Virus record (IMG/VR): IMGVR_UViG_3300015372_000001
Span: 16,738 to 80,737 of that record
Length of the DNA: 64,000 bases
Direction: 5' to 3' (one strand)
Origin: a virus
This document shows, in pieces, positions 44,209-53,829 of the stretch. Position 1 is the stretch's first letter. Every line of letters starts with the position of its first letter. Both the position numbers and the translations under genes were made by a program. The notes below the pieces were generated by a model. It made no database searches. It worked only from the letters and a program-made list of their open reading frames with translations, and was not told the DNA's origin.

Positions 44209-45162
44209 GTGTCAGGCCATGCGTCCTTCACTCACATCCACTGCTCCTCGCGGTTCGACCGGAGTGCGGCTGCGCTCGAGGTAGACCTCGACCGGTGGAT
44301 GGAGAACAGCTCGCTGATCACCCTGACCGAGGTGGCGTCATCAGACCGGGCCTCAAAGCTGCGAGAGCAGGGCTGGGGTCACTTCGTGGCCTCGGAGGGC
44401 GGCCGCTCCGACGATGCCGCGATCGCCTGGGAGAAGAAGACCTGGCGTGACCAGGAGCACTGGGCCAAGAAGCTGCACGGCAGCTTCGGCAGCGGGGCGT
44501 TGCTGGTCTCGGGGCTGTGGTGCTCCGATGTCCTGCTCAAGCACGTCGGAACCGGGCAGACCCTGATCGTCAGCGTCTCCCACATGCCCGCGCATGTGAA
44601 CGGGACCGAGGGGTTCTCCAACATCCGCAACGAGCCGGCCGCGATCTGGGCTGCCCGCAAGCAGGCCTACCAGCAGGGGATGGACCAGTGGTCCACCCAT
44701 GTCCAGGACATCTGCCGGCGGAAGAAGCCGGATGCGCTGATGGTGGTGGGCGACTTCAACGTCAACCTCAAGGACGACTGGTTCCGGGCCTACATGAAGC
44801 AGCACTGGAAGCCGCTGGACCTGACCTTGGCCTGGAAGCACTTCCCGACCGAGGGCGGAACCCTGGGTGGGAACCGGATCATCGACGGCACCTACTACCA
44901 CGGGATGTCCACCGATGGCGCGGTCCTGCAGCCGCGGGTGAACAGTAGCGACCACCGCCCCTACAAGGAGTCCTTCGCCCTGGGCGCGACCGAGCCGGTC
45001 GAGTTCTACGACCCGGCCACCGGCCACATCGGTCCGGGCGTGGAGTGGTGGGGCTTCGGCGACTACGCCTACGACGAGATGTTCGAGAAGCAGACCGTCG
45101 ATGACGACGGGAACGTGGTCGTGTCCTTCGACTTCTCCGGCCTCGACCCGAACTTCTTCTAA
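44209..45162 (+). CDS. Second EEP family protein
   Basis: LTEV, SHMP, VGDFN, IIDG, SDHRP; acidic C-terminal extension. Confidence 0.8.
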   Translation: MSGHASFTHIHCSSRFDRSAAALEVDLDRWMENSSLITLTEVASSDRASKLREQGWGHFVASEGGRSDDAAIAWEKKTWRDQEHWAKKLHGSFGSGALLVSGLWCSDVLLKHVGTGQTLIVSVSHMPAHVNGTEGFSNIRNEPAAIWAARKQAYQQGMDQWSTHVQDICRRKKPDALMVVGDFNVNLKDDWFRAYMKQHWKPLDLTLAWKHFPTEGGTLGGNRIIDGTYYHGMSTDGAVLQPRVNSSDHRPYKESFALGATEPVEFYDPATGHIGPGVEWWGFGDYAYDEMFEKQTVDDDGNVVVSFDFSGLDPNFF

Positions 45163-45170
45163 GGAGCGAG

Positions 45171-45668
45171 ATGAGCGTCCTGATCGGGATCGACCTGGGG
45201 GTGCGCAAGATCGCGCTGGCGGTGTTCATCGAGAACTCGCTGGCGGTCACCCACGCCTACGAGTCGAACGCCAAGGACCGCGATGTCCAGCTGATGCAGC
45301 TGGGCCACTACGCCCTGGATGTGGTCCAGCTCCATGCTGCGGATTCGGTCTGGACCGAGGACGTGCTGATGGGCAACAACCGCAAGTACTCGCTGGCCCT
45401 GGCCGAGACCAAGGGCGCGGTGCTGGGCTCGCTGTCCCACCTGCGACCGGCCTGCGACATCCGTACGGTCAACGTCAAGGCCTGGAAGAAGGAGGTCGTC
45501 GGGAACGGAAACGCCGGCAAGGAACAGGTGAGTAACTACATCGTTGCCACTCACCCTGCGTATGCTGCGGTCTGTGACGGGGACCAGGACCGCATCGACG
45601 CCACCTGTGTTGCCCTCTACGGACTCCGAATCACCTCCCGAGTACGAGAGCTGCGACTCGCCGAGTAG
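45171..45668 (+). CDS. ruvC: RuvC-like Holliday junction resolvase
   Basis: LIGIDLG; E; WKK.V.GNGNA.K; D..DA. Confidence 0.85.
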   Translation: MSVLIGIDLGVRKIALAVFIENSLAVTHAYESNAKDRDVQLMQLGHYALDVVQLHAADSVWTEDVLMGNNRKYSLALAETKGAVLGSLSHLRPACDIRTVNVKAWKKEVVGNGNAGKEQVSNYIVATHPAYAAVCDGDQDRIDATCVALYGLRITSRVRELRLAE

Positions 45669-46161
45669 CTACCTGCTGGACGACTGGCTGGATCTGACCG
45701 GGCAGCGCATCCCCGACTCCGATGACCAGCGGTGGGTCAGCTACAACGTCTCCGACCTCTACCCGGAGTGGCAGGACCAGGCGCACTGCGCGGGGGTCGG
45801 GGTGCAGTACTACTTCGGCGAGTCGATCCAGCAGGTGCGTCGCGCGTCCAAGCTGTGCGATGTCTGCCCGGTCTTCTACGACTGCCTGTTCCACGCCCTG
45901 GTCAACCGCGAGGGCTACGGGGTCTGGGCCGGCACATCGGGCCGGATGAGACGGCGGATCTTCAAGATGGTGGACACTGGTCAAACCACTGTGGCAGAGG
46001 TGATGGAGGTGTTCCGCCGTGGCGAAGGGGACAGGTACCGGATCGGGGCCCAAGAAGCAGGTCAGTACCGTGAGCTCGCTCCGGAGCCCGTCGCGCGAGG
46101 AGCACTGGACGAGGGCACGAGAGGCCTTCGACCTGAGGCTGGAGGGGCACTCGCCCTCTGA
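45562..46161 (+). CDS. whiB: WhiB-family transcription factor (start uncertain)
   Basis: WQ..AHC...CDVCPV...C..HAL...YGVWAG.S.R.R. Confidence 0.85.
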   Translation: MLRSVTGTRTASTPPVLPSTDSESPPEYESCDSPSSYLLDDWLDLTGQRIPDSDDQRWVSYNVSDLYPEWQDQAHCAGVGVQYYFGESIQQVRRASKLCDVCPVFYDCLFHALVNREGYGVWAGTSGRMRRRIFKMVDTGQTTVAEVMEVFRRGEGDRYRIGAQEAGQYRELAPEPVARGALDEGTRGLRPEAGGALAL

Positions 46162-46492
46162 GATCGCGGCCATCCTGGCGGTCACTCCCGAGTCGGTGAC
46201 CCAGATGCTGAGCGAGCTGTACGGGTTCGACGCGGCCTACCTGACCGAGCAGGAGCGGACCACCGCCCTGGCCACCGAGGTGATGCGGCTGGACAAGCTG
46301 CAGACCGCGGTCTGGCCGGCGGCGATGATGGGCGATCCGAAGTCCGTGGACTCCGCAGTGCGGATCATCATGGCGCGGGCCAAGATCACCGGCCTGGAGC
46401 AGGCCGACCCGGTGGTGAACAAGAACCTGGTGCTGATCATGGGGGACAAGGAGGAGGACTACATCAAGGCCCTGCAGGCGGCTACCGAGTAG
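46019..46492 (+). CDS. HTH protein, probable terminase small subunit
   Basis: GGAGGT RBS; AFDLR..G.S..EIA...RLD.L...W.AA..GD...RAK.TGL. Confidence 0.65.
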   Translation: MAKGTGTGSGPKKQVSTVSSLRSPSREEHWTRAREAFDLRLEGHSPSEIAAILAVTPESVTQMLSELYGFDAAYLTEQERTTALATEVMRLDKLQTAVWPAAMMGDPKSVDSAVRIIMARAKITGLEQADPVVNKNLVLIMGDKEEDYIKALQAATE

Positions 46493-46518
46493 CACGCGCA
46501 GCCCGTAGGGTTCGCCCC

Positions 46519-46947
46519 ATGGCAGCCAAGCGGACCTCGCTCCCCATGACCGAGCTCACCGCAGAGCAGCTGCTACTGCATGTTGTGATCCCGTCCCTCA
46601 ACCGCCTGGAGAAGAAGATGACCGACCTTGGAACAGCAGTAGCAGACCTGCAGTCTGCAGTGGACGGAGTGGCCCAGCGGCTGCTCCCGGAGATCGCCAA
46701 CCTCGAGGCCGCTCTGGCCGCTGCCCAGGCAGACGACGCGGATGCGGCTGCGGCTGCTGCCGACGCGGCTACCGCGGTGGCCAACATCCGGACCGAGGTG
46801 GACCGGCTGAACGCGCTCGGCACCGACCCGAGCACGCCGGTGGACACCGAGACCCCGCCGGTCGAGCCGCCTCCGGTCGAGGTGCCGGCCGACCCGAACG
46901 CTCCGGTCGTGGACAACACCCTCCCCGGCGACCTGCCGGTCGAGTAG
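46519..46947 (+). CDS. Ala-rich coiled-coil protein with acidic Pro-rich tail
   Basis: Composition; TAGGGT 7 nt before ATG. Confidence 0.6.
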   Translation: MAAKRTSLPMTELTAEQLLLHVVIPSLNRLEKKMTDLGTAVADLQSAVDGVAQRLLPEIANLEAALAAAQADDADAAAAAADAATAVANIRTEVDRLNALGTDPSTPVDTETPPVEPPPVEVPADPNAPVVDNTLPGDLPVE

Positions 46948-47051
46948 GCTACAACCGCTGCGACCACGGCGAAGGCCTCGTACCGATCCTGCCCCATGCT
47001 GGACGGTCCGGGGCCTTCGTTCTGGGTAGCGGAGATCGGGATGATGGAGAC

Positions 47052-47462
47052 ATGGTTGCCGCGAACGTGCCGATGGAGATCGACCAGGGCGAGGACTGGA
47101 CCACCACGATCGTCTACACCGACGACTTCGATGAGCCCTACCACCTCGTCGCCCCGTGCCGGCTGGACATCAAGTCCAGGCAGGGAGCGATCCAGCTCAC
47201 CCTGGAGACCCCGGACGAGGAGGTGCCCGAGGGCACGATCCCGGCGATCGGGATCAGCGAGGACATCGGGTTGATCCAGCTGCACATCGAGGACTCGGTG
47301 ACCGCCTCGATGGTGCCCGGGGTCTACAAGTACGACCTGTTCGTGACCGTGAACGACGGCGACGAGTACGCCGGGAACCAGGTGCAGCGGCTGATCGCGG
47401 GCACCTGCACGGTCAACCAGCGGATCACCATCCTCAACGGCACCGCACCTCCGGAGGACTGA
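47052..47462 (+). CDS. Virion structural protein (Ig/BppU-like)
   Basis: IDQGEDW...G.I.L.I....TA...G.YKYDL...RL..G...V. Confidence 0.65.
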   Translation: MVAANVPMEIDQGEDWTTTIVYTDDFDEPYHLVAPCRLDIKSRQGAIQLTLETPDEEVPEGTIPAIGISEDIGLIQLHIEDSVTASMVPGVYKYDLFVTVNDGDEYAGNQVQRLIAGTCTVNQRITILNGTAPPED

Positions 47463-48286
47463 TGAAGAGCGCGTTCGGGGTCGAGCACGGCGAGTTCAGC
47501 AAGGCCGACCAGGCCACCAAGGACCGGCGGACGGCCAACACGCTCGCGGGCATGGGCGGGGCCGCGACCGGGCTGGGTGCGGCTACGGCTGGAATCGGCT
47601 ACGCCGAGCACAAGGGCAAGGACCCGATGGGGTTCATCCACACCTGGGGACAGCAGCTGGGGAGGCGGCCCTCGGCCGGGGCTCGAGCGCATGTGCTCCG
47701 CTCGGTCGCGCGTGGTCATGGGGTGCAGGCAGCCGCCGCCGGCGGGCTGGGTGCGACCTCGCTCGGGCTGTCCCACGCCTACCGGAAGAAGTCCAAGCAG
47801 GTGAGCAAGGCCGTCAACGAGAAGGACGCCTCGCTGCGAGCAGGCACGGCTGCGGTCGGAGGCACTGCTGCCGGCCTGGGCGGGTACAACGCCCAGTTCC
47901 TCGGCGGCCATGTGGCCGAGCACCAGAAGAAGTTCCGGGCCGCCCATCACCTGGTCGCGCTGCACAACATGAACGAGGTCGAGCTGGCTCCCAAGGAGCT
48001 GAAGGAGACCCTGAAGACGCGCCGGATCAGCGGCCGGGTGGCCGGGATCAAGGGTGCCGGAGCGGTGGCCTCGGCCGGGATCGCGGGAGCGGGGGCCAAG
48101 GTGGCCTACGACGCGATCAGGGGGCCGAAGAAGCAGCCGGTCTCCAAGGAGGCCGGGTTCATGCCGATGGGCCCGCGGAAGAAGGCCGGTCCTGCGAAGA
48201 TGGACGCGCTGAGGTCCGGCTACCGGATGCGCTCGGCGCGACAGGCGAAGACCCTGGGTCGGCTGGCCCGGGTGACCAGGCGGTGA
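47462..48286 (+). CDS. Gly/Ala-rich basic protein with SAFGVEHGE leader; probable internal virion protein
   Basis: GGAGG RBS, TGATG coupling; repeated (F/V)SK motifs. Confidence 0.65.
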   Translation: MKSAFGVEHGEFSKADQATKDRRTANTLAGMGGAATGLGAATAGIGYAEHKGKDPMGFIHTWGQQLGRRPSAGARAHVLRSVARGHGVQAAAAGGLGATSLGLSHAYRKKSKQVSKAVNEKDASLRAGTAAVGGTAAGLGGYNAQFLGGHVAEHQKKFRAAHHLVALHNMNEVELAPKELKETLKTRRISGRVAGIKGAGAVASAGIAGAGAKVAYDAIRGPKKQPVSKEAGFMPMGPRKKAGPAKMDALRSGYRMRSARQAKTLGRLARVTRR

Positions 48287-48294
48287 GGTGAGTC

Positions 48295-48522
48295 ATGCAG
48301 AGCGCATTCGGTGTGGAGCACGGTGAGATCAGCAAGGTGGCAGGAAGACTCGCTCTCAAGTCTGGTCGCGCGGGAGCATGGAGGGACCTCAAGCAGGGGC
48401 TGAAGGAGGGCTTCGAGTACCCGCCGAACAGGGCGATGGGGAAGCTGGCCGCGATCGGTACGGCTGCCGGTGGCGGTAGCTACGTGGGCACCAAGCAGGC
48501 CATGAAGAACAGGAAGCGCTGA
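48295..48522 (+). CDS. Small basic protein with SAFGVEHGE leader
   Basis: MQSAFGVEHGEISK N-terminus. Confidence 0.65.
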   Translation: MQSAFGVEHGEISKVAGRLALKSGRAGAWRDLKQGLKEGFEYPPNRAMGKLAAIGTAAGGGSYVGTKQAMKNRKR

Positions 48523-49208
48523 TGGCGAACGTAGTCAAGCTGGTCAACGGTGGGGCGATCCAGGTCCGTACCGGAGTGATCCAGGGGATCGGCCCGGTCG
48601 GGCCCAGGGGCGCGGTCGGTCCACAGGGACAGCAGGGTGAGCAGGGCCCGGTCGGCGAGACCGGTCCGCTGGGCCAGATCCTGGCCGTCCAGGGCCGGAC
48701 CCTGATCACCGACAGCCAGGCGCTGGCCGCGAACACCGACACCGTGATCGCCTTCGGTGGGATCGACTACGACCAGCAGACCAGCTTCTTCTTCTCCTCC
48801 TCCAACATCGTGCTGCACGACCCCGGCGACTACCTGCTCAGCGTCTATCTGGTCTTCAACGACGCCGCTGCCGGGCTGAGATCGGTGTGGTTCCAGTCGG
48901 TGACCAACGGGCTGATCTCGCGCACCGACCGCTCCAGCGTGGCCGGATCCACCTTCTGCGTGGACCTGAGCTACCCGTGGCGGTGCAAGGCGGGCGAGGA
49001 GACGATCAACGTGCTGGCACGCTCTGCCCAGGCGTTGAACATCTCTGCTGGAGCGTTGACCGTGACTCGAGTCGGCTCGGGGCCGATCGGCGAGACCGGA
49101 CCGCCCGGACCGCAGGGCCCGGTGGGTGCGCAGGGAGCGCAGGGACTGAAGGGCGACCCGGGCTCTCCGGGCGCGTACGCGAGTTACGACGAGCTGGTAG
49201 GGCACTAG
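48522..49208 (+). CDS. Collagen-repeat minor tail protein
   Basis: Two Gly-X-Y blocks flanking a beta-rich domain. Confidence 0.75.
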   Translation: MANVVKLVNGGAIQVRTGVIQGIGPVGPRGAVGPQGQQGEQGPVGETGPLGQILAVQGRTLITDSQALAANTDTVIAFGGIDYDQQTSFFFSSSNIVLHDPGDYLLSVYLVFNDAAAGLRSVWFQSVTNGLISRTDRSSVAGSTFCVDLSYPWRCKAGEETINVLARSAQALNISAGALTVTRVGSGPIGETGPPGPQGPVGAQGAQGLKGDPGSPGAYASYDELVGH

Positions 49209-49224
49209 GCCCTAGCATCGCCTC

Positions 49225-52200
49225 ATGACCGGGGTCTATGACCATGCCCAGAGCCCTCGGCTCGGTCAACGCACCTCGGTGGAGTCCACCTACGTCCAGA
49301 TGTTCTCCGGGGACGACATCCCCGAGGCGGCCTGGACCGGCCAGCTGATCTACCGCAACGAGACCCAGGCGCTGCAGATCTTCAACGGCAACGCCTGGGA
49401 GGACGTGGTAGGCGGCACCCCGGGCACGCTGACCTTCATCGGGTCGATCCCACCGGTCGCCCAGCACATCGGTGACATCTGGCTGGACTCCGGCAACGAC
49501 AACCGGATGTACGTCTCGGCCAGCGTGGGTGCGGACGCGATCGCGGCCGGGGAGTGGGAGGCGGTCAGTGCCGGGGTGCCGCCGCTGACCGAGACCACCC
49601 ACATCTACCAGCAGGACACGCCTCCTGGCGGGGGCGATGTCCCACCGCCGAAGGACAACGACTTCTGGTACGAGACCCCGGGCAACCACCAGTACTACTA
49701 CCTGGCCACCGCTCCTGGGACGCACTGGATCGCGGTCAAGGACACCGGGATCGACCAGGCCCAGAGCACCGCCGATGCGGCTCAGGCCGCTGCCGACGCT
49801 GCTACGGCTGCGGCCAGCGCTGCTGCTGCGGCTGCGGTGGACGCCAACAACGCCGCCGCCGACGCGATGACCGCTGCCGAGGCTGCTCAGGCCACTGCGG
49901 ACGGGGCGATCACCACCTACTACCTGTCCGACCCGCCCTGGGCCAACGCTGCCTCTGGTCATGACGACAACGCCGGCGACATGTGGTTCGACATCGATGA
50001 CGGCCAGGCCTACCGCTGGAACGCGGTGACCAAGAACTGGGACGTGATCGAGGACAGCTCGATCGGAGCAGCGCTGGGTGCGGCCAACACCGCACAGGCA
50101 ACTGCGGACGCGAAGATCACCGCCTACTACGCCACCGCCCAGCCCTGGGCGAACGGGCTGACCACGCACGACCTGGACTTCGGCGACATCTGGTACGACA
50201 CCGACGACAAGAACAAGCCCTACTACTGGAAGAACGACCGGACCTGGGTCTCGGTGCGAGACGGCACCATCGCCGATGTCCAGGCCGACCACGATGCGCT
50301 GGCAGCGGTCGTGCACTCCGACCTCTTGCCGCCGACCAGCTCTCCGACTCCAGTGGTGATCGGCGGGATCGGAGCTCTGTTCGCGCGCTGGCCGGGGATC
50401 GTGAACCACGATCCGGTCGAGTACCAGGTGCACATCTCGATCACAGACAACTTCACCCCCACCGCCGACACCCTGGTGGTGACCACGCCCTCGAACTCGA
50501 TGACCATCCGGCAGCTGCCCACGGCGATGGGCGACCCGCTCACCACCGCGCTGGTCTACAACACCACCTACTACGTCAAGATCATCGCCCAGGACGTGGA
50601 TGGCGCGACTACTCCGAGCACCCAGGGCTCGGGGCAGATGGTCCAGATCACCGGACCCGACATCGCGGCCCATGAGGTCGATGCCGAGAAGATCGTGGTC
50701 GGGTCGCTGACCGGAGACCTGTTCAGCGGAACCGTGGTGACCGGTTCCACGCTCAGCACCGGAGCCTACGACCCCGATACCAAGCAGATCACCGGTGCGC
50801 GGGTAGACCTCGGGTCATCCGGTCTGATCATCGTGGACTCGGACGGGAACGAGATCACCAAGTTCCCGCTGGACCCGACCGAGCACACCTTCATCAAGCA
50901 GGCCCAGGTGGATGTGGTCTCCCTCGATGTGGCCGACAACCTCGCCCTGCACGGGACCAACAACGAGGTCTCGACCGAGGCCGAGCTGACCTTGGCCGCC
51001 GGTCCGACCGCGCCGTCCACGCCGCCGACGGTGACCCATGTCTGGGACCAGCTGCAGCTGGACATCACCACCGCGGTTCCTCCGCACACGCCCAACCCCG
51101 GCTACGACCTGGGCACCTTCGCACTCGACCCGAGCCAGATCACCTCGTTCGACTGGGTGACCACCAACGGTGGCTACTGGGCCGTGTTCCAGCAGAAGTC
51201 GGCCGGGTTCCGGGTCTGGCGGTTCAAGACCGACGGCACGATCTTGAACAACGTCGGCACCGGCCGGCCCTGGGTGGACGACTGGAACAACCGGACCAAC
51301 GTCTTCTGCACCTTCCACGACACCCTCGCTCGGCTCGACTTCCTCTGGATGCAGGACTCCGGGGACTGGTTCATCGGCGGGTCCAGGCCCGACGGGGTGA
51401 ACGAGATCAACTTCATCCCCAGGGCCTGGATCATCGACGTGACCAAGCCGCCGGCGCTCGCCTACGACGTGGCCGGGAACAAGTACATGCTGCTCCAGCA
51501 GAGCGGGGCGAACACGGTCGTGCGGCGGTTCCACCTGGTGGCTGGCTCCGGCGGGATCTTCGGCACCGCGGTGGTCGATGGAGCGGACTTCTCCATGTCC
51601 GGGTTCAACGCCGGCTCTCGGTACAACGGCCTGGTCTATGGCAGCCAGGTCGGCACCGGTACTCGGTATGCGCTCGCCGCCGACTCCTTGCAACAGGTCA
51701 CGGTGTGGGACACCACCTCGACCGGCTACAAGGTCGGCAGCGGTGTCTACGAGTCGTGGTTCAAGCCGACTGCCAACTCACGCGGGTTCTGTCATGACGG
51801 CACCAAGTTCGCCTCGGTGGACGGGACCGGCCTGATCACCTTCTACGCCGACTGGACCTGGACCGAGTACCCGGTCACCACCTACATCGGGGCATCGGCC
51901 TACGACAGCGATGCTGCCGGGGCCGGTGGGACTCACGAGACTCCGGTCGGGATTCCGTTGAAGCAGTTCACCCAGATCCGCCGGGCCAAGCTGCAGGTCA
52001 CCATGCCGGAGACCAACGACTCCGGCGGCAACAACGACCCGGACAAGTGGCGGATCTACTACCTGCGGTCGGCGTCGGTACCGACCGACGGGACCGGGTT
52101 CAAGCTGGCCGGCACGATCGGTTCTCCCTCTGCGCCCACCTCGATCTCTCCACCCCTGAGCGCGAATCCGGCTGGAGCCGCACCGCCTGGCGGGCTGCAG

Positions 52201-52914
52201 GGCACCGCCGGTGCGAACAACACCTTCCCCGGTGCGAACCCGGCCCGGATCGAGAGCGGCGAGGGTCCGACCCCGCTGATCCAGCTGGTCGGGGACGGGT
52301 CCGGCAAGGTCGGTCCATTGAGCTGGAATGCCTCCGGTGTGCTGCTCACCACTCCGATGCCGCCCGGCTCGATCATGATGTGGGCGACCGCGACCCCGCC
52401 GACTGGCTGGCTGATCTGTGACGGGTCCTCGAAGCTGAACGGTGACTACCCAGCTCTGTCGGCGGTGATCCGAGGAACCTACGGCGGGGCAGACGGATCG
52501 CACTTCTACCTGCCGGACCTGAAGTCCAGGTTCCCGATCGGGGCCGGGCTAGCAGCCGCACTGGGCAACAGCGACACCTTGCCGGGCGTGCTGGACGACG
52601 CCACCCGGTCCGGGAAGTTCACCCACGCGCACGGACACAACCACAATCACGCCGGCCCGAACCACCAGCACACCGGCCCGAACCACCAGCACCTCATCAC
52701 GGTCACCAACGCCCAGAACGCCTCGGGTACCGCAACCACCCGCGTGGTCACCGTGGGTGGCTCGCCTGCGCTAGGCGGCGGGAACGGTGTCACCAACTTC
52801 GAGGGCACCGAGTTGACCGGCTTAGGTGGCACCGGACTCACCGATGACGACAACACCAGCGGTGGCAGCACCGGGCACGCCTACACCGCACTCAACTTCA
52901 TCATCAAAACCTAG
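49225..52914 (+). CDS. Tail fibre with tail-collar domain
   Basis: Repeated GD(I/M)W(F/Y/L)D modules and Ala coiled coils; collar PGSIMMW..TPPTGWLICDG...F.LPDL..RF; HxH repeats; LNFIIKT end. Confidence 0.88.
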   Translation: MTGVYDHAQSPRLGQRTSVESTYVQMFSGDDIPEAAWTGQLIYRNETQALQIFNGNAWEDVVGGTPGTLTFIGSIPPVAQHIGDIWLDSGNDNRMYVSASVGADAIAAGEWEAVSAGVPPLTETTHIYQQDTPPGGGDVPPPKDNDFWYETPGNHQYYYLATAPGTHWIAVKDTGIDQAQSTADAAQAAADAATAAASAAAAAAVDANNAAADAMTAAEAAQATADGAITTYYLSDPPWANAASGHDDNAGDMWFDIDDGQAYRWNAVTKNWDVIEDSSIGAALGAANTAQATADAKITAYYATAQPWANGLTTHDLDFGDIWYDTDDKNKPYYWKNDRTWVSVRDGTIADVQADHDALAAVVHSDLLPPTSSPTPVVIGGIGALFARWPGIVNHDPVEYQVHISITDNFTPTADTLVVTTPSNSMTIRQLPTAMGDPLTTALVYNTTYYVKIIAQDVDGATTPSTQGSGQMVQITGPDIAAHEVDAEKIVVGSLTGDLFSGTVVTGSTLSTGAYDPDTKQITGARVDLGSSGLIIVDSDGNEITKFPLDPTEHTFIKQAQVDVVSLDVADNLALHGTNNEVSTEAELTLAAGPTAPSTPPTVTHVWDQLQLDITTAVPPHTPNPGYDLGTFALDPSQITSFDWVTTNGGYWAVFQQKSAGFRVWRFKTDGTILNNVGTGRPWVDDWNNRTNVFCTFHDTLARLDFLWMQDSGDWFIGGSRPDGVNEINFIPRAWIIDVTKPPALAYDVAGNKYMLLQQSGANTVVRRFHLVAGSGGIFGTAVVDGADFSMSGFNAGSRYNGLVYGSQVGTGTRYALAADSLQQVTVWDTTSTGYKVGSGVYESWFKPTANSRGFCHDGTKFASVDGTGLITFYADWTWTEYPVTTYIGASAYDSDAAGAGGTHETPVGIPLKQFTQIRRAKLQVTMPETNDSGGNNDPDKWRIYYLRSASVPTDGTGFKLAGTIGSPSAPTSISPPLSANPAGAAPPGGLQGTAGANNTFPGANPARIESGEGPTPLIQLVGDGSGKVGPLSWNASGVLLTTPMPPGSIMMWATATPPTGWLICDGSSKLNGDYPALSAVIRGTYGGADGSHFYLPDLKSRFPIGAGLAAALGNSDTLPGVLDDATRSGKFTHAHGHNHNHAGPNHQHTGPNHQHLITVTNAQNASGTATTRVVTVGGSPALGGGNGVTNFEGTELTGLGGTGLTDDDNTSGGSTGHAYTALNFIIKT
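52652..52692 (+). repeat. Tandem 21-bp coding repeat (GPNHQH x2)
   Basis: CCGGCCCGAACCACCAGCAC twice, 21-nt period. Confidence 0.8.
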
Positions 52915-52922
52915 GAGAGCCG

Positions 52923-53195
52923 ATGAGCTACACCACGATGGTCGAGATCGCCAACAACGTCTCGCTGCTGCACCGGGTGGCTGCTGCCGCGGCCGCCGAG
53001 GGCCTGCAGACCGATCCACTCGCCTGGGCCCAGGAGCACAGCTGGTTGATCGCGTCCCAGCCAGGTTGGGCCGATGCCTGGCAGTACGCCATCGACACGG
53101 CCACCGACGACGTGAACCCGGATACCGGGATGCGGCCCGGGGTGATCAACGACCAGATGATCCTGTCCGCGGTGCAGGCGCTCCTGGCCGCATAG
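52923..53195 (+). CDS. Small tail-associated protein
   Basis: AGGAG RBS; MSY...L..RVAAAAA.EG...I.D..ILSAVQ. Confidence 0.65.
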   Translation: MSYTTMVEIANNVSLLHRVAAAAAAEGLQTDPLAWAQEHSWLIASQPGWADAWQYAIDTATDDVNPDTGMRPGVINDQMILSAVQALLAA

Positions 53196-53245
53196 GCGGG
53201 TGGCTCGCCTGGGGATGATGGTGATGTGCCTCTAAGGAGGGTGCG

Positions 53246-53623
53246 ATGACAGTCGAGAGCCCTACCCGCGTGGCCCGCTGCCTGGGCTTCCTGGTCTACT
53301 GCGTGGGGATCATCTTCTGGGCGATCTCCGGACCGGACCCGATCGACATCGCCGAGTGGATCGCGGTCGTCCTGTCCGCCGTCGCGATCGTGGGGCTGGC
53401 TGCTCACGCCACCACCAAGTTCAACCTGCCCGGCGAGCACTACGCCTACCTGGTGACCGGGTTCGCCGGAGCCACCTCGGCCATGCTGTACGTGGTCGAC
53501 AACGAGGACACCGGAGAGTGGAACGTCTACCTGACCCTGCTGCTGATTGCGCCAGCAGTGCTGTCCTATGGCGCATACCTGACCATGGACGTAGAGGGCC
53601 GGGGGACACATGACACTAGATGA
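53246..53623 (+). CDS. Four-TM membrane protein
   Basis: AAGGAGG RBS; hydrophobic helices. Confidence 0.7.
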   Translation: MTVESPTRVARCLGFLVYCVGIIFWAISGPDPIDIAEWIAVVLSAVAIVGLAAHATTKFNLPGEHYAYLVTGFAGATSAMLYVVDNEDTGEWNVYLTLLLIAPAVLSYGAYLTMDVEGRGTHDTR

Positions 53624-53795
53624 GGGAACCAGAGAGATCCTTGTGCTGCTGATCACCACCTCCGGGACGGTGGCGGTGGCCTACTTCAAGACCCACCCGG
53701 GGCCGAACACCAGACGAATCCAGCAGGAGCAGGACGAGGACCGTGCCGCCGGCAATGCGGTGCGCGCACAGGACCGCAACGATCCGGGTGCGTAG
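53610..53795 (+). CDS. Small single-TM protein
   Basis: ILVLLITTSGTVAVAYF. Confidence 0.5.
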   Translation: MTLDEGTREILVLLITTSGTVAVAYFKTHPGPNTRRIQQEQDEDRAAGNAVRAQDRNDPGA

Positions 53796-53829
53796 CGCTG
53801 GATGAGACGATGACGATGAGGAGGTTGCC

